The translations under genes and the position numbers were made by a program. Under the pieces are notes generated by a model, which did no database searches, was not told the origin of the DNA, and saw nothing but the letters and a program-made list of their open reading frames with translations. Below, in pieces: positions 46,164-48,572 of a stretch of 48,572 nt of DNA (positions are counted from its first letter, which is position 1; the number at the start of each line of letters is the position of its first letter). This DNA is from Candidatus Aenigmatarchaeota archaeon (GTDB lineage: Archaea; Aenigmatarchaeota; Aenigmatarchaeia; CG10238-14; SCSR01), in NCBI GenBank assembly GCA_016198705.1, contig JACQIA010000013.1:1-48572 (forward strand), given 5' to 3'.

Positions 46164-47150
46164 ATGGTCGATCAACTCTATGATTTGATAATTGTAGGCG
46201 GCGGGGTAGTGGGTTATGCAGGGGCGATGTATGCTGGAAGAATGCAGCTGAAGACTTTGGTATTAGGGGAGCTTCTTGGAGGCACGATAATCCTTACTGA
46301 TGTGGTGGAAAATTATCCTGGGTTTATACGCCTAACTGGGCAGGAACTTGCAGATAAGTTGAAAGAACATGCACTCGATTATAAAGAGTTTGTGGAAATC
46401 AAAGAAGAGAAAGTGGCTCAAGTGAAAATGCATGGGAACTGTTTTGATGTTTTTACAGACAATGGGAAAAAATACCAGTCGAAAGCTGTCATTTTTGCAA
46501 CTGGAATGAAGCATAGGGAATTAAACGTACCTGGTGAGAAGGAGTTTGCTGGCAAGGGCGTGCATACGTGCATGCTTTGCGATGGGTTCTTCTTCAAAAA
46601 TAAAATTATAGGTGTTGTGGGCGGAAGTGATTCTGCGGCCAAAGAAGCCTTGTTAGGAACTCAATGGGCAAAGAAAATCTACATAATTTATCGCGGTGAG
46701 AAGATTCGAGCCGAGCCTATTAATGGCAGGAGGATAGAAGAAAAAATAAAAGAAGGCAAGATGGAAATCATAAACAATACAAACATAAAGGAGATTAAAG
46801 GAAATGAAAGGGTTACTCATGTGATATTTGACAAACCCTATAAAGGAGGTAAGGAATTCAAGCTGGACGGGCTTTTCGTAGAAATTGGAGCTGATCCCCA
46901 GTCGGAATTGGCAAAGTCATTGGGTGTAAAAACAAATGAAAAGGGGGAGATTGCCATAGATAGGGAGGCTAAGACCAACGTTCCTGGTGTATTTGCTGCT
47001 GGAGATGTAGTTGACACAAGGTTTAAGCAGGCAATTACTGGTGCCGGGGAGGTTGTGTTGGCTGTCTATTCTGCCTATACGTATATCAACACTACAGAAA
47101 TGGTTTGTCCTGTTTCTGATGAAGAAATTCAAGAAAAGGTAAAAAAATAA
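46164..47150 (+). CDS. trxB: Thioredoxin reductase
   Basis: VENYPGF, ATG, CMLCD, GGSDSA, FAAGD and QAIT. Confidence 0.9.
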   Translation: MVDQLYDLIIVGGGVVGYAGAMYAGRMQLKTLVLGELLGGTIILTDVVENYPGFIRLTGQELADKLKEHALDYKEFVEIKEEKVAQVKMHGNCFDVFTDNGKKYQSKAVIFATGMKHRELNVPGEKEFAGKGVHTCMLCDGFFFKNKIIGVVGGSDSAAKEALLGTQWAKKIYIIYRGEKIRAEPINGRRIEEKIKEGKMEIINNTNIKEIKGNERVTHVIFDKPYKGGKEFKLDGLFVEIGADPQSELAKSLGVKTNEKGEIAIDREAKTNVPGVFAAGDVVDTRFKQAITGAGEVVLAVYSAYTYINTTEMVCPVSDEEIQEKVKK

Positions 47151-47151
47151 A

Positions 47152-47247
47152 TTAACCTGTTCTTTTCATTGGTCCACAACATGTTTGCCTAGAATCTGCA
47201 GGTGCGTTTCTTGTCGAACCGCAACTTGAGCATTCAAACTTAGCCAT
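47152..47247 (-). CDS. 31-aa desulforedoxin-like microprotein (not in ORF track)
   Basis: MAKFECSSCGSTRNAPADSRQTCCGPMKRTG; CxxC-x13-CC(G)xM pattern; fills the gap between tdh and trxB. Confidence 0.72.
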   Translation of the reverse strand: MAKFECSSCGSTRNAPADSRQTCCGPMKRTG

Positions 47248-47261
47248 TTTTGTCACTATTT

Positions 47262-48257
47262 TCACCTCCCAGGAATCATAACCTCTAATTGAAGCTTCCT
47301 CTTTAAGTTTTCGAGCATGTCATCTGTCATAGAATCTATATCATATGATGGTTCCCATCCCCATTCTTCCCTAGCTTCAGAATCATCTAAAGAACGAGGC
47401 CATGAGTCTGCTATAGCTTGCTTTTTTGGAACTACTTGATAATGCATCTTGAATGCCGGAATCCTCCTCCTTATTGATGATGCTAATTCTTCAGGAGTGA
47501 AACTCATTGCATTGACATTAAAGTCCGTCCGGTGTCTTAATCTTGAGCCGTCAGCCTCGCTCAAATCTATCAAAGCCTTTATGGCGTCTGGCATGTACAT
47601 CATAGGAAGAGCGGTGTTTGGTTTAAGATAGCTTGTGTATTCCCCTTCTTTCAATGCTGCATAGTAAATTAAAACTGCGTAATCTGTAGTTCCTGGAGGA
47701 AGGCCGTCTAGCAAAAGTTTCAACTCTTCTTTCCAGCTTATTATCCCTGGAAATCTTACACCTCTTACATCTAGTCCATATTTGCCGTGGTACCAATAGC
47801 CCAGCAGTTCCCCTGCCACTTTGGATATCCCGTACAAGTATTTTGGCCGTTGGATTGTTAGTAGCGGTGTATTATCTCGCGGCGTTTCTGGGCCAAAAGC
47901 TGCAATTGAGCTTGGATAAACTACCTGTTTCACTCCATTTTTCCTTGCTACTTCTAGAACATTGTGTGTCCCGTTGAAATTCACATCCCATGCCACTTCT
48001 GGATGCTCTTCGGCTTCTCCGGAAAGAAGGGAAGCGAGGTGGAATATGTGGGTTATTCCATAATCTCTTATTGCATTTTCAATTTGGTCGTATTTTGTAA
48101 CATCAATGGTTGTATACGGCCCATATCCTAAAGTTGACGGGGGCGTTCTTCTGTGCCCTGCTACTATGACATTTTCGGCTCCGTATTTTGTTCTCAATGC
48201 GGGGACTAATTCAGAACCGATTTGTCCTGTTGCACCTGTAACAAGAATCTTCCTCAT
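47262..48257 (-). CDS. L-threonine 3-dehydrogenase (extended SDR type)
   Basis: TGATGQIG, SSIAAFG, YGISK, GTTDYAV, PMMYMPD and IADSWP. Confidence 0.88.
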   Translation of the reverse strand: MRKILVTGATGQIGSELVPALRTKYGAENVIVAGHRRTPPSTLGYGPYTTIDVTKYDQIENAIRDYGITHIFHLASLLSGEAEEHPEVAWDVNFNGTHNVLEVARKNGVKQVVYPSSIAAFGPETPRDNTPLLTIQRPKYLYGISKVAGELLGYWYHGKYGLDVRGVRFPGIISWKEELKLLLDGLPPGTTDYAVLIYYAALKEGEYTSYLKPNTALPMMYMPDAIKALIDLSEADGSRLRHRTDFNVNAMSFTPEELASSIRRRIPAFKMHYQVVPKKQAIADSWPRSLDDSEAREEWGWEPSYDIDSMTDDMLENLKRKLQLEVMIPGR

Positions 48258-48385
48258 TTAAATCAGAAAATAATATATGGCATTATCGCAGAAATTATTG
48301 TTGTTGAAGTGTTCAATCCTTTTTTAATCATTAAATGCTAAAGTTATCTAGCCTCAAAGAAAATAAAGTGTAAAGTGACTTGCCA

Positions 48386-48502
48386 ATGTATTCCAGAAAT
48401 ACTTGCATGTTGTGCTCTTCTTGCATGAATGGTATGAAAATAAATGAACATGATGGCTTGTGTGAAAATTGTGGTCTGGTAATAGAAGATAAATTTATGT
48501 AA
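48386..48502 (+). CDS. 38-aa TFIIB-type zinc-ribbon microprotein (not in ORF track)
   Basis: MYSRNTCMLCSSCMNGMKINEHDGLCENCGLVIEDKFM; CxxC...CENCGLVIED resembles the TFB zinc ribbon. The start could be ATG 48407. Confidence 0.6.
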   Translation: MYSRNTCMLCSSCMNGMKINEHDGLCENCGLVIEDKFM

Positions 48503-48572
48503 TTTTGATACTGTTAACTTAAGGTTGGTAAAGACTAAAAATGATATCTTTAAATATTATAAATGATAATAA

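Noticed and set aside
1-48572. tRNA/rRNA genes, transposases, integrases, selenocysteine or alternative-code readthrough
   Set aside because: Intergenic gaps are short and AT-rich with no cloverleaf or GC-rich stems. No recombinase motifs were seen, and conserved genes end at standard stops. A covariance-model search was not possible.

Overview
AT-rich, gene-dense archaeal segment. BRE/TATA promoters, an archaeal MinD, a heavily N-glycosylated surface protein and several small membrane proteins suggest a DPANN-type lineage (inference; no marker gene is present). In order: (1) two surface-protein genes with MinD and a coiled-coil gene; (2) a small decayed insertion, NAD kinase, a thioredoxin-like gene and a RelE-type toxin-antitoxin pair; (3) a complete 2-oxoacid dehydrogenase locus (lpdA, lipA, E1a, E1b, E2, two lipoate-ligase-family genes) interrupted by a Cas2-like/Fic divergon with palindromic operators; (4) malic enzyme, Glu dehydrogenase, an SDR, a thioredoxin-like gene and acylphosphatase; (5) a copper/metal operon (CopA, YHS, CcdA-like, His-rich paralogues, ATP-cone, SufT-like) and a Ca2+ P-type ATPase; (6) an orphan SdhA-like flavoprotein, FumC/AspA and split MgtE genes; (7) an amine/amino-acid catabolic cluster (ureohydrolase, two class-III aminotransferases, proline dehydrogenase, three ALDHs, a saccharopine-dehydrogenase-like enzyme), TrxB and threonine dehydrogenase. 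Together these enzymes could form a funnel from agmatine/putrescine via GABA, succinate and malate to acetyl-CoA. Eight Cys-rich microprotein ORFs (31-55 aa) missing from the ORF track and several gene relics marking past insertions were found by manual reading. No rRNA, tRNA, CRISPR array, transposase or integrase was recognised.
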